DNA of 64,000 nucleotides, from contig OZ024750.1 of NCBI GenBank assembly GCA_964016885.1, forward strand, positions 39,742,001-39,806,000, given 5' to 3'. Source of the stretch: Eledone cirrhosa (Eukaryota). A program made the position numbers and the translations under genes. Within the stretch, counting starts at the first letter, position 1; each line of letters begins with the position of its first letter. The notes below the pieces were generated by a model. It saw only the letters and a list, made by a program, of their open reading frames with translations, ran no database searches and was not told the origin of the DNA. Below are positions 52,549-63,885 of the stretch, piece by piece.

Positions 52549-53187
52549 GTAAGTAAAATATTCTTTTTTTTTTTTTTTGGACACTGACAAAAATACTCAG
52601 AAGAGGATTAACCCATTAGCATTTAAACCAGCCGTATTTGGCCAGAATCGTCTCACCTCTTTCTATTCCAGCCAGCTGTAACAGGCACTACCCTCTACAG
52701 GGTGCATTGTATTGTGGCACCACCACTACCCTTCTTTGCAGAGTGCACTGGGTACATTTTACTGTGTTATCAGCACTAGAGAGGTCTTTCTGTTCTCACC
52801 CAGGCAATCGATCAACAAGATCTCTGACTTGATTTGCTTACCGAATGGTGTGTACCTCATCAAATTGGACCAAGGAAACAATGTTTCCGTTGGTCTTGCC
52901 ATTGTTGATACTATCTACCAGTTGCAACTCCTGACCAAAAGAACAATGTGAAATAAAGTGTCTTGCTCAAGGACATAATGCATTGGCCAATTCAGAAATC
53001 GAACTTGCAACCTCATGTTTGTGAATCCAATTCTCTAACCACTAAGCCATCGGCCTTCACAACCAGACATAGAGACAATAATGGATGTGGAAGAAGGAAA
53101 ATATTATTGAAAAGTAATTGGTTATGGTGTCACACAGTGGAGTTGAATTGAAAGGTGGTTGTGAAACAAACTTCTTAACCACATATC

Positions 53188-53370
53188 TATACCTTCACCT
53201 GCCCAGGCCTTCACCTAACCATACCTTCACCTAACTAAACCTTCACCTAACTAAACCTTCACCTAACTAAACCTTCACCTAACTAAACCTTCACCTAACC
53301 ATACCTTCCCGTACCCAGGCCTTCACCTAACAATACCTTCCCGTACCCAGGCCTTCACCTGCCCAGGCCA
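53188..53370. repeat. About 16-bp minisatellite
   Basis: ACCTTCACCTAAC(TAA/CAT) and variants. Confidence 0.85.
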
Positions 53371-53572
53371 GCAATAGTTTTTCATTGATTATAGTCTTAG
53401 AATATTTCTGACATTAAAAATTATTTATTGTTTTTTTTTCTGTTTGAAGAAGTTTAAAGAACTGAAACTGTTCTAAATCTGACATTTACGACATTTAACT
53501 TTCTAATAGTTATTTTACTGTTCCTATTGTTGTCAGGACTTGAAGTTAGCTTCTCAATCTTTGAAGTTTTAA

Positions 53573-53775
53573 CCCTTTAGCATTTAAACTGGCTGTATCT
53601 GGTCAGAGCTCTCTCACCTCTTTCTGTTCAAACCAGCTGTAACCGGCCACTCATCTTGATGTTAAGGTATTGTTCTCAAAATAAATAATATCAAAATCTC
53701 ACATTCAGTATTATGTAAAGTAAAGCGTTTACCATGCAAATATAATAGTAAATATAGAGTAATGTAAATGGTTAA
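53573..53775 (-). mobile_element. TTAA MITE copy
   Basis: TTAA|CCCTTTAGCATTTAAAC...; same internal sequence, second end eroded. Confidence 0.8.
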
Positions 53776-54811
53776 ACAAATGAGTGATAAAATCTCTCCT
53801 ATGAGAAGCTTGACATATGTTGCTTGACATTTAAGAAAGTAGATATTCTAAAGACAACAGATAAAATAAGCCTGGGAATATGAACATATGTCACCTACTT
53901 CTATATTGCCCTTAGCAATGATATAAACTTACCAAATGTTTCTTGAATGTTTGCATGGCATAATAAAATTCCTTTGAAAATCATGAGGCTTGGGTCACTG
54001 TCTTTTACTGTACCCTTGGGTTAAACCACACTTTCTAAGTGAAACTGGGTCAGTATCTGTTTCTATACCCTCGAGTCAAATTAGGTCCCCTGGGCCAATG
54101 TATTTTACTGTACCCTTAGGTCAAACTAGGTCCCTTAAGTGAAACTGGGTAGACGGGCATTGTTATGGAAGACTGTCAGATGGTCTTTGTCTGTAAATCA
54201 AAGAGCCAGCCTTGCTCCGCAGTGTGTTGTATTGAATCTTCCTCAGAATTACTTTAAGAAGTACATGTTTTGGAATACTCAGCCACTTACAGTACAATTT
54301 AATGAGTAGACTGTTTTGTTGACCAAACAACTGGTACACTTATTGAGAAGTAAAAGACCTTTTATCTAACAGAACCTAGTGGAATGGTAGACATGGTTCA
54401 AGAGAGGAATAATGGTTAAAAGTTGGTAATTCATATAAAGATATAAAGAATTGTTTCTACTTTAGGCACAAGGTCAGCAATTTAAAGGGGAGAGGAAAAT
54501 CAATTAAATCAACCCCAGTGCATTACTGGTACTTTATTTTATTGACCTCATAAGGATGAAAGGCAAAATTAACCTCGGCAGTATTTGAACTCATAACTCA
54601 TAACTCTATGCTGTATAATGTATTCCAGTTTGATTGATTGGACCAGGGACATGTTAATTTAATGTGTTGGCAGCTTCATTGATTGAGCAATGTTCAGAGT
54701 TCAATTTACATATTTGGAAGATTACAAACATTAATTTTATTAAATTTTAGTTATTGATTTTTAATAAGATTATCTCCAACATCACTAGATGGGCATTATA
54801 TTGTTGTGTGT

Positions 54812-55190
54812 AATAGCTAGGAAAATATTGTACTGTTGTGTATCTGGCTTAGAATAGCCAGGAAAATATTGTACTGTTGTGTATCAGGATTAGAATAGCC
54901 AGGAAAATATTGTACTGTTGTGTATCTGGCTGTATCTCGCTTAGAATAGCTAGGAACACATTGTACTGTTGTGTATCAGGATCAGAATAGCCAGGAAAAT
55001 ATTGTACTGTTGTGTATCTGGCTGAGAATAGCTAGGAGAATATTGTACTGTTGTGTATCTGGATTAGAATAGCCAGGAAAATATTGTACTGTTGTGTGTA
55101 TCAGGCTTAGAATAGCTAGGAGAATATTGTACTGTTGTGTATCTGGATCAGAATAGCCAGGAAAATATTGTACTGTTGTGTATCAGGCTT
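54812..55190. repeat. About 41-bp minisatellite, about 9 copies
   Basis: AGAATAGC(C/T)AGGAAAATATTGTACTGTTGTGTATC(T/A)GG.TT. Confidence 0.92.
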
Positions 55191-55293
55191 ATATGTTAAT
55201 AGTTTATGAATAATTTCTGACCATTACTGTTTTAATATCCCTTATTTTCTGACCATTACTGTCTTCATATCCCTTATTTTCTCTTTGTTTCAG

Positions 55294-55432
55294 GATGAAG
55301 ACTCTTTCTTGCCAAAGAAAATAGTTTGGATTGGTTGTCATGGCAGCAAACCTCAATACCGAGGCTACCCCTGTAGTTTATGGACAATATTCCACACTCT
55401 TACTGTTAATGCTTACTTAAAGAACAAAAATG
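55294..55432 (+). CDS. QSOX: QSOX exon H (ERV domain start)
   Basis: tttcag|GATGAA...AATG|gtaat; [27 protein letters not shown] is the QSOX hallmark; phase 0 to 1. Confidence 0.97.
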
Positions 55433-55944
55433 GTAATGTACAACTTTTGTTTAGCCTAAGAGATATATTTACAGTATGTGTGTAGATGTGTGATGTCCGC
55501 ACAACTATCTTCTACCTCCAACTAACTTACCCCCCACCTCTTGGTCACGGCTGACAGGATAGAGGATAGATTACCCCAGAGGACAGTGAGGGGGCCACAC
55601 TGGAACAGCCACTCCACCTCTTGGTCACGGCTGACAGGACTGGAGTAGCCACTCTACCTCGCTGGAGTCACAACTGTTGGAAACCAACTCTGTTCTGATG
55701 GCAGTGAATAGGGATGTGGTCTGGGGACCAAGTACACCAGAAGTCTCCATGGCTACAGGTTATACCACAAACCCCACGGGGCTGGCACCTGCGGACGGTG
55801 GATTCTGCTTCGATAGCAGAGGGTTGGGATGTGGTCCCGGGGTCCAAGTACACCTGAAGTCTCCATGGCTACAGGTTCTACCACAAACCTACCAGAAAGT
55901 AGTGATACTTTTATTTAGTTACTTTCTAGTAGTAAATATATGTC

Positions 55945-56001
<57 letters not shown>

Positions 56002-56039
56002 GTGTGTATACATACATGCACACACACACATACTATATA

Positions 56040-56381
56040 TGGAGGCACATGGCTTAGTGGTTAGAGCATTGGCCTTGCAATCGAAAGGTTGTGAGTTCAA
56101 TTCTCAGACTGGGTGATGTGTTGTTTCCTTGAGCAAGACACTTTATTTTACATTGCTCCAGTTTACTCAGCTGTAGAAATGAGATGATAGGGACCCCAGT
56201 CCCTATCATCTCATTCCACTGCAAAGTGGTCGTGGAGGTGCCACGGCAAAAAAAGCACCCAGCACTCACTGTAAATGAGGTTGGTGTTAGGAAGGGCATC
56301 GAGCTGTAGAAATCAAACCAGAATCAGTTCCCATCCCACCCTTGCAAGCAGGGAAAAGTGGACGTAAAATGATGATGATGA
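56040..56381 (+). mobile_element. Young SINE, same family
   Basis: Near-identical to 9807-10150; (GAT)n tail; follows a (TA)n tract. Confidence 0.9.
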
Positions 56382-56581
56382 TATACATTCTCAGTCCACA
56401 TAAAAAATATATCTTTTGTCACATTACTAATCTGAGGAGCAGATTGATACTGGAGTCAGGTCCCTAACCTCTATGGGTCACCTTAATCCAATCCTCTGCG
56501 ATACACGCGTAACAGGTCGATACGCAATAAATAATTTTTCATATGTAAACGAAACTTCCTCATTTGTTCTATTATATATAT

Positions 56582-56922
56582 AGGGCGGTGGATTGGCAGT
56601 ATCGGTAGATTGGCAGTATCGGTAGAGGGTCGGACGCCATGCTAGGGTGGTGGATTGGCAGTATCGGTAGAGGGTCGGACACCATGCTAGGGTGGTGGAT
56701 TGGCAGTATCGGTAGAGGGTCGGACACCATGCTAGGGTGGTGGATTGGCAGTATCGGTAGAGGGTCGGACGCCATGCTTTCCAGCATAGTTACGTCCCTT
56801 TACGATCTGAGTTCAAATCCCGCCGAGGTTGACTTTGCCTTTCATCCTTACGGGGTCGATGAAATAAAGTACCAGTAACGCACTGGTTAATTGCTGGCCT
56901 TGTGCCTAAAGTAGAAACAATT
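56582..56922 (+). mobile_element. SINE with a triplicated 45-bp head
   Basis: GGTGGATTGGCAGTATCGGTAGAGGGTCGGAC.CCATGCT x3, then the normal body GAGTTCAAATCCCGCCGAGG...AAGTAGAAACAATTAT. Confidence 0.85.
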
Positions 56923-57146
56923 ATATATATATAATTTAATTAGAAAGTGAACAACACAAAATATAAATACTCCATCACCAAAGGTTTCTGGATCACAGAC
57001 GATAACAATAGAATATATGTCTGGATCGGTCGTCAGACAGAGATGTGTGTGTTAGTGTGTTAGTGTGTGTGTGTTAGTGTGTGTTACAGATTTAAAGCCC
57101 CAACAAAAGTAAGAGATACTTGGAGTGTTGTTTTTTTGTAGTAAAA

Positions 57147-58803
57147 TACTGTGGCCATACTGGGGCATTGCCTTTAGACTGTGGCCATACTGGGGCATTG
57201 CCTTTAGACTGTGGCCATACTGGGGCATTGCCTTTAGGCTGTGGCCATACTGGGGCATTGCCTTTAGTCTGTGGCCATACTGGGGCATTGCCTTTAGACT
57301 GTGGCCATACTGGGGCATTGCCTTTAGACTGTGGCCATACTGGGGCATTGCCTTTAGACTGTGGCCATACTGGGGCATTGTCTTTATACTGTGGCCATAC
57401 TGGGGCATTGCCTTTAGGCTGTGGCCATACTAGGGCATTGCCTTTAGACTGTGGCCATACTGGGGCATTGCCTTTAGACTGTGGCCATACTGGGGCATTG
57501 CCTTTAGACTGTGGCCATACTGGGGCATTGTCTTTATACTGTGGCCATACTGGGGCATTGCCTTTATACTGTGGCCATACTGGGGCATTGTCTTTAGACT
57601 GGGGCAGTCTTTAGACTGTGGCCATACTGGGGCATTGTCTTTAGACTGTGGCCATACTGGGGCATTGCCTTTAGACTGTGGCCATACTGGGGCATTGTCT
57701 TTAGACTGGGGCAGTCTTTAGACTGTGGCCATACTGGGGCATTGTCTTTATACTGTGGCCATACTGGGGCATTGTCTTTAGACTGGGGCAGTCTTTAGAC
57801 TGTGGCCATACTGGGGCATTGCCTTTATACTGTGGCCATACTGGGGCATTGCCTTTAGGCTGTGGCCATACTAGGGCATTGCCTTTAGACTGTGGCCATA
57901 CTGGGGCATTGCCTTTAGACTGTGGCCATACTGGGGCATTGTCTTTATACTGTGGCCATACTGGGGCATTGCCTTTAGGCTGTGGCCATACTAGGGCATT
58001 GCCTTTAGACTGTGGCCATACTGGGGCATTGCCTTTAGACTGTGGCCATACTGGGGCATTGTCTTTATACTGTGGCCATACTGGGGCATTGTCTTTAGAC
58101 TGGGGCAGTCTTTAGGCTGTGGCCATGCTGGGGCATTGTCTTTAGACTGTGGCCATGCTGGGGCATTGCCTTTAGACTGTGGCCATACTGGGGCATTGCC
58201 TTTAGACTGTGGCCATACTGGGGCATTGCCTTTAGGCTGTGGCCATGCTGGGGCATTGTCTTTAGGCTGTGGCCATGCTGGGGCATTGTCTTTAGACTGT
58301 GGCCATGCTGGGGCATTGCCTTTAGACTGTGGCCATGCTGGGGCATTGCCTTTAGACTGTGGCCATACTGGGGCATTGTCTTTAGGCTGTGGCCATACTG
58401 GGGCATTGTCTTTAGGCTGTGGCCATGCTGGGGCATTGCCTTTAGACTGTGGCCATGCTGGGGCATTGTCTTTAGACTGTGGCCATGCTGGGGCATTGTC
58501 TTTAGACTGTGGCCATACTGGGGCATTGCCTTTAGACTGTGGCCATACTGGGGCATTGTCTTTAGGCTGTGGCCATGCTGGGGCATTGTCTTTAGACTGT
58601 GGCCATGCTGGGGCATTGTCTTTAGACTGTGGCCATACTGGGGCATTGTCTTTAGGCTGTGGCCATACTGGGGCATTGTCTTTAGACTGTGGCCATGCTG
58701 GGGCATTGTCTTTAGACTGTGGCCATGCTGGGGCATTGTCTTTAGACTGTGGCCATACTGGGGCATTACCTTTAGACTGTGGCCATACTGGGGCATTGCC
58801 TTC
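57147..58803. repeat. 30-bp minisatellite, about 53 copies, with occasional 16-bp partial units
   Basis: CTGTGGCCAT(A/G)CTGGGGCATTG(C/T)CTTTAG(A/G). Confidence 0.97.
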
Positions 58804-59242
58804 AATTGAACTGTCATATATTTTCAACCCAGTATTTTTTATATTCTAAGTTATAACAATTGCAATGTTTACATATTTTACATTCTTGTTATTTCATGTC
58901 ACATCATATCAGCAAATATTGCGTAAACAGCTTCGACACACGTGTGTGTATGTACAAGTGTGTTTGTGTGTATGTGCACGTATGTATGCGTGTATGTGTT
59001 TGTGTGTATGCATGTGTGCATGTATGTATGTGTGTATGTTTGTGTATGTATGCATGCATGCATGTGTGTGTGCATGTATTTGTGTGTATGTATGTTTGTG
59101 TGTGTATGTTTGTATGTATGCATGCATAAATGTATTGTGTTTGTGTGCATACATGTATGTATATATATATGTGTGTGTATGTATAATTCATCAATATATT
59201 TTTGCAAACAGAGAAACTCGTTAGCAAAACATAACAAATGCT

Positions 59243-59545
59243 TTCCCAGGGACCCTCACATGTAGGTGAGGTCATGGTCCTCCAATACTATCTCTCCCAG
59301 GGACCCTCACATGTAAGTGAGGTCTTGGTCCTCCAATACTATCTCTCCCAGGGACCCTCACATGTAGGTGAGATCTTGGTCCTCCAATACTATCTTTCCC
59401 AGGGACCCTCACATGTAGGTGAGGTCTTTGTCCTCCAATACTATCTTTCCCAGGGACCCTCACATGTAGGTGAGATCTTGGTCCTTCAATACTATCTCTC
59501 CCAGGTACCCCCACATGGACTGAGATTATCTTGGTCCCCCAATAT
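59243..59545. repeat. 51-bp minisatellite, about 6 copies
   Basis: TCCCAGGGACCCTCACATGTAGGTGAG.TCTTGGTCCTCCAATACTATCT. Confidence 0.92.
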
Positions 59546-59871
59546 TTTACAGGTACCAATATTTAACAAGGTACTCTAACATTAATTACGCAGCTATGAC
59601 ATAGGAATGGTACGTATCATTTCAACCTCTCAGACAAGTTGAAGAATGTCTGAGATATCTTCTTCCTGTGTATGTCTGCTTTAGAATAAGTACACTGTGT
59701 CCCAGTGTGACATAAAAGAGAATTAAAGGGGTGGTGGCAGGCAGGTCATCAAATATCTCAAAAAGGACCCTATGATATTTATGAAGCTTATCATGGGGCT
59801 CTCAAGACTAATCCCCTGCTCTATTTGGGAAAAACAGTTGTAAAACTCATCATCATCATTATTTCATGTCC

Positions 59872-60458
59872 GCTTTCCCTGCTAACAAGGGTTGGACGTG
59901 TCTACACTGACCAAGTCTTTACCGAAGCGGGGTTACTGGCCTTCAGTACTTGGTCCTGCTTTCCCTGTTAACAAGGGTTGGACGTGTCTACACTGACCAA
60001 GTCTTTACCGAAGCGGGGTTACTGGCCTTCAGTACTTGGTCCTGCTTTCCCTGCTAACAAGGGTTGGACGTGTCTACACTGACCAAGTCTTTACCGAAGC
60101 GGGGTTACTGGCCTTCAGTACTTGGTCCTGCTTTCCCTGTTAACAAGGGTTGGACGTGTCTACATAGACCAAGTCTTTACCGAAGCGGGGTTACTGGCCT
60201 TCAGTACATGGTCCTGCTTTCCCTGCTAACAAGGGTTGGACGTGTCTACACTGACCAAGTCTTTACCGAAGCGGGGTTACTGGCCTTCTGTACTTGGTCC
60301 TGCTTTCCCTGTTAACAAGGGTTGGACATGTCTACATAGACCAAGTCTTTACCGAAGCGGGGTTACTGGCCTTCAGTACTTGGTCCTGCTTTCCCTGCTA
60401 ACAAGGGTTGGACAGGTCTACACTGACCAAGTCAGTACCGAAGCGGGGTTACTGACCT
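59872..60458. repeat. 86-bp minisatellite, about 7 copies
   Basis: GCTTTCCCTG.TAACAAGGGTTGGACGTGTCTACA...GACCAAGTCTTTACCGAAGCGGGG... Confidence 0.93.
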
Positions 60459-60667
60459 CCCTGACAGGCCAAGGAGTCTGCATCCTGCTTATGTATGGTC
60501 ATATCGAGCGCAGAGGAGAAATTGTCTTTTGACATAAAATGAAGGATCCTCCTAACCCTTGTTTAGCAAACTTTCAACAGCTGGATGCCCTTCCTTACAC
60601 CAACCACTTTACAGAGTGTCCTGGGTGTGTTTATTGTTTTATTTAATAATCTTCTTTTTTTTTGTAG

Positions 60668-61425
60668 ATAATTTGTCAAATCCAACAGAAGTTCTCTCGG
60701 CTGTTACTGATTATGTCACAAAATTTTTTGGTTGTGAAGAATGTAGCCGTAACTTTAAGAAAATGGCATGGAATATATCTTCCGCAGTTCACAGTCATGA
60801 AGATTCAGTCTTATGGCTATGGCAAGCCCATAACAAAGTCAACAACCGTCTTCACAATGACTTTTCCGAAGACCCTGTATTCCCGAAAATTCAGTTCCCG
60901 TCCGTGGAAATGTGCCCAAAATGTTACAACCAAACCATTGTTGAAGGTCAATCAAATGTATTTAAAAGAAAACAGAACTGGAACAAGTCAGCAATCTTGA
61001 ATTTCCTGATTCTATTTTATTCAACTAACCTAAGAAAAGTCTCAGATTTCATTCAGCGTTCTTATAATCAGCTGGCAATGGAACATTCTGGTAAAACTGT
61101 TGACTCATATTTAGTGAACTTTGAGAACCAAACTGAAGAACTCGATTGGTGGGAGAAAAAACAGAGAAAACGAGATCTACAGAACTTACATATTGTAAAA
61201 CAACAAAGAAGACAGAATCGCTTACAAAAACTAATTGGGAGAAATTTCAATGAACACGAGCCTCGTTTAAAAGCCCGGTCTTCTCGGACTTTCTGGATAT
61301 TCAGTGAAATTGATATAGGCATGTGTATTATATTCTATATCTTCTGCTTAAGTCTCCTTATTTTCTTATATTTTCATTTTGCACGCCGAAAAAGCAAACG
61401 GTTGTGTAAGATATTGCCATTTTGA
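60668..61425 (+). CDS. QSOX: QSOX terminal exon (ERV/ALR FAD domain, linker, transmembrane anchor, stop)
   Basis: ttgtag|ATAAT...; FFGCEEC, LWLWQAHNKVNNRL, EDPVFPKIQFPSVEMCPKC, TM segment DIGMCIIFYIFCLSLLIFLYFHF, TGA. Confidence 0.97.
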
Positions 61426-61439
61426 CTGAGTACAGAAGC

Positions 61440-61445
61440 AATAAA
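61440..61445 (+). terminator. Candidate polyadenylation signal AATAAA
   Basis: AATAAA 15 nt after the QSOX stop codon; use is unverified. Confidence 0.35.
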
Positions 61446-61752
61446 CCACATAGCTTCTATTGGTTTATACTCCATCTTGTTATTATTGCTATATATCATC
61501 ATCATCATCATCATAACCATCACCATCGTTGTAATCACCATAACCATCATCATCACTATCGTCACCACAAATTTCATTTTTCACACCTTGTTGTTGTTAC
61601 TGAAGTTGTTGTTGTAGTTGGTGTTAGGGAGGGCATCTAGCCATAGAAAACCAAGCTAAAATGGATCATATGAGCATGACATGGTCACCTGACTGATTTA
61701 ATCGACTTTCCCCTCTCCCCAAATTGCTGGCCTTGTGCCTAAATAAGAAACA

Positions 61753-61753
<1 letters not shown>

Positions 61754-61797
<44 letters not shown>

Positions 61798-62700
61798 GTT
61801 CTTTGAGTCTCAGTCATTGATGTTATTTAACTGGAAAGTTTGTTGAAATGAATATCAAGCTGCTACCTGCAGCCTCAGATATTCAGGACGTATCGGAGGG
61901 TTCTTGCTGTTCCCAGCAAACATGCCTTTTGAAGTGTTCCAAAAAGCAGAGCTGGACTAATCTTCTTTAACCATCCTTGGAAACTCTTTGAGATAGTACC
62001 TAGTGCGCCTATGACAATCGGGATGACCTTGATTTTGGCAGTTGCAAATCCTTTTTACCTCCCACTTTAAATCCTGGTATTGGTTAATTTTCTCCCTCTC
62101 CTTTTCTTGCACTCTCGTGTCAAATGGGCAGGCTACATCTACAATCAGGCACAATCTTTTTTCCTTGTCCAAAACCACCAGGTCAGGCCTATTGTGTTCT
62201 AACCTCTTGTCCGTCTGTATCCTAAAGTCCCATAGCACCTTCACCTGATCGTTTTCTATCACCGACTCTGGCTTATGCTCATACCACTTCTCAGAATGTG
62301 GTAAATTGTTTACTTTGCATAGGTGCCAGTGGATCACCTGCCCATCACATCATGTCTCCAGCCTTTATAGTGAATCTGGGCTAGGTGTTTACACTCGGAT
62401 ACAATGTGAGTCTCCTCTCTCTCTCCACAGATCCTACACAGTGGGCTAGCCTCCTCCTTGTCAATATGGTGTTTCACCCACTTCGCTCTGAGGGCTTGCT
62501 CTTGCACAGCCATTAGCATTCCTTCTGTAGCTTTTTTAAGGTCTCCTCTTTTTAACCAGTTCCATGTCTGTGGATCTCTAAATTCCATTTTCTTAAAGAA
62601 GGTAGACCAATATCCTTCCAGGTTTTATGCATTTGTTTCCTGTAGACTTTCTTAGATGGGTCACTTTTCAGACGATATTTCAATACAGTTTTATTCCTTC
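61754..62700 (-). mobile_element. R4/Dong-clade non-LTR retrotransposon 3' fragment at a (TAA)n tract
   Basis: EGMLMAVQEQAL, CRICGEREETHIVSEC (CCHC-like), RHD, WDFRIQTD...RPDLVV...IVDVACP..EKINQYQDL (RLE); ends at (AAT)n; frameshifts. Confidence 0.85.
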
Positions 62701-62956
62701 ATCCAGTTGGTTGTTGCCTCATACATACCTTCTCCTTCACCAGTAATACACTGGGGTAGTTTCTGACCTTGTGCTAAAAGTAGAAACAATTATTATTATT
62801 ACTTGTAGCACTTGTTCTGGCAGATGTTATACCGACACTTTGGGTCGTTCCTTATTGTTGTTGTTGTTGTTTTACCTTTGCTTTTGTTTTTATGAGCTGC
62901 CACCCTGTCTCTCACCTAGAAACTTCAAGAGACAGTAAGCTCATCAGTGTTAGGTG

Positions 62957-63380
62957 ATATACCAATATATACCAGTATACCAATATATTCCAGTGTATAC
63001 CAATATATTCCAATATATACCAGTATACCAATATATTCCAGTATATACCAATATATTCCAACATATACCAGTATACCAATATATTCCAGTATATACCAAT
63101 ATATTCCAACATATACCAGTATACCAATATATTCCAGTATATACCAATATATTCCAACATATACCAGTATACCAATATATTTCAACATATACCAATATAT
63201 TTCAATATATACCAGTATACCAATATAACCCAGTGTATGCCAATATATACCACTACATGCCAACGTATACCAGCATATACTGACATATACCAATATATAC
63301 CAGTATACCAATATAGTCCAACATATACCAGTATATACCAATATAGTCCAACGTATACCAGTATATACCAATATATACCA
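62957..63380. repeat. Degenerate TATACCA(G/A)-based short-period repeat, followed by a (TG/TA) microsatellite to about 63740
   Basis: Direct reading. Confidence 0.88.
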
Positions 63381-63885
63381 TGTGTTTGTAAGATTAGTAA
63401 AATAATCCAGAAGTCTCAGTTTACAACCTCTGTAAGGATATGCTTCAATGTGTGTGTATTTTGTGTATGTATATGTGTATATGTTTGTGTGTGTGTATGT
63501 ATATGTGTGTGTGTGTGTATATGTGTGTATGTATATGTTTCAGTGTATGTATATATTTGTGTGTATATGTGTGCATGTGTATATATATGTTTGTGTGTGT
63601 ATGTATTTATGTTTGTGTGTGTATGTATGTGTGTATATATATATATGTTTTTTTGTGTGTGTGTATATGTGTGTATATGTATATGTGTGTATATGTTTGT
63701 GTGTATATGTTTGTATATGTTTCAGTGTATGTATATTTATATTTAAAATTGTACCGAAATGGAGAGAAAGTTGCCCAAAATGTGTGAAGTACTCATGGGA
63801 ATGATTTGTTGCAATTCTCTGATTTTAGGACAGCCAAGAATTGGTCCCATTTGGATATCATTCCGAGTGTCCCAAGAACTACAGA

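Noticed and set aside
57052-58849. Decapeptide-repeat proteins (MPQYGHSLKA and similar)
   Set aside because: 30-bp minisatellite traceable to a dispersed repeat motif; intronic, with stops and frame breaks
60559-60667. N-terminal extension of the 288-aa ORF
   Set aside because: Intronic repeat plus pyrimidine tract; the real exon starts at 60668 in the phase matching exon H
62885-62955. Another hammerhead (minus-strand CTGATGA plus hairpin)
   Set aside because: No GAAA box or stem III after the hairpin
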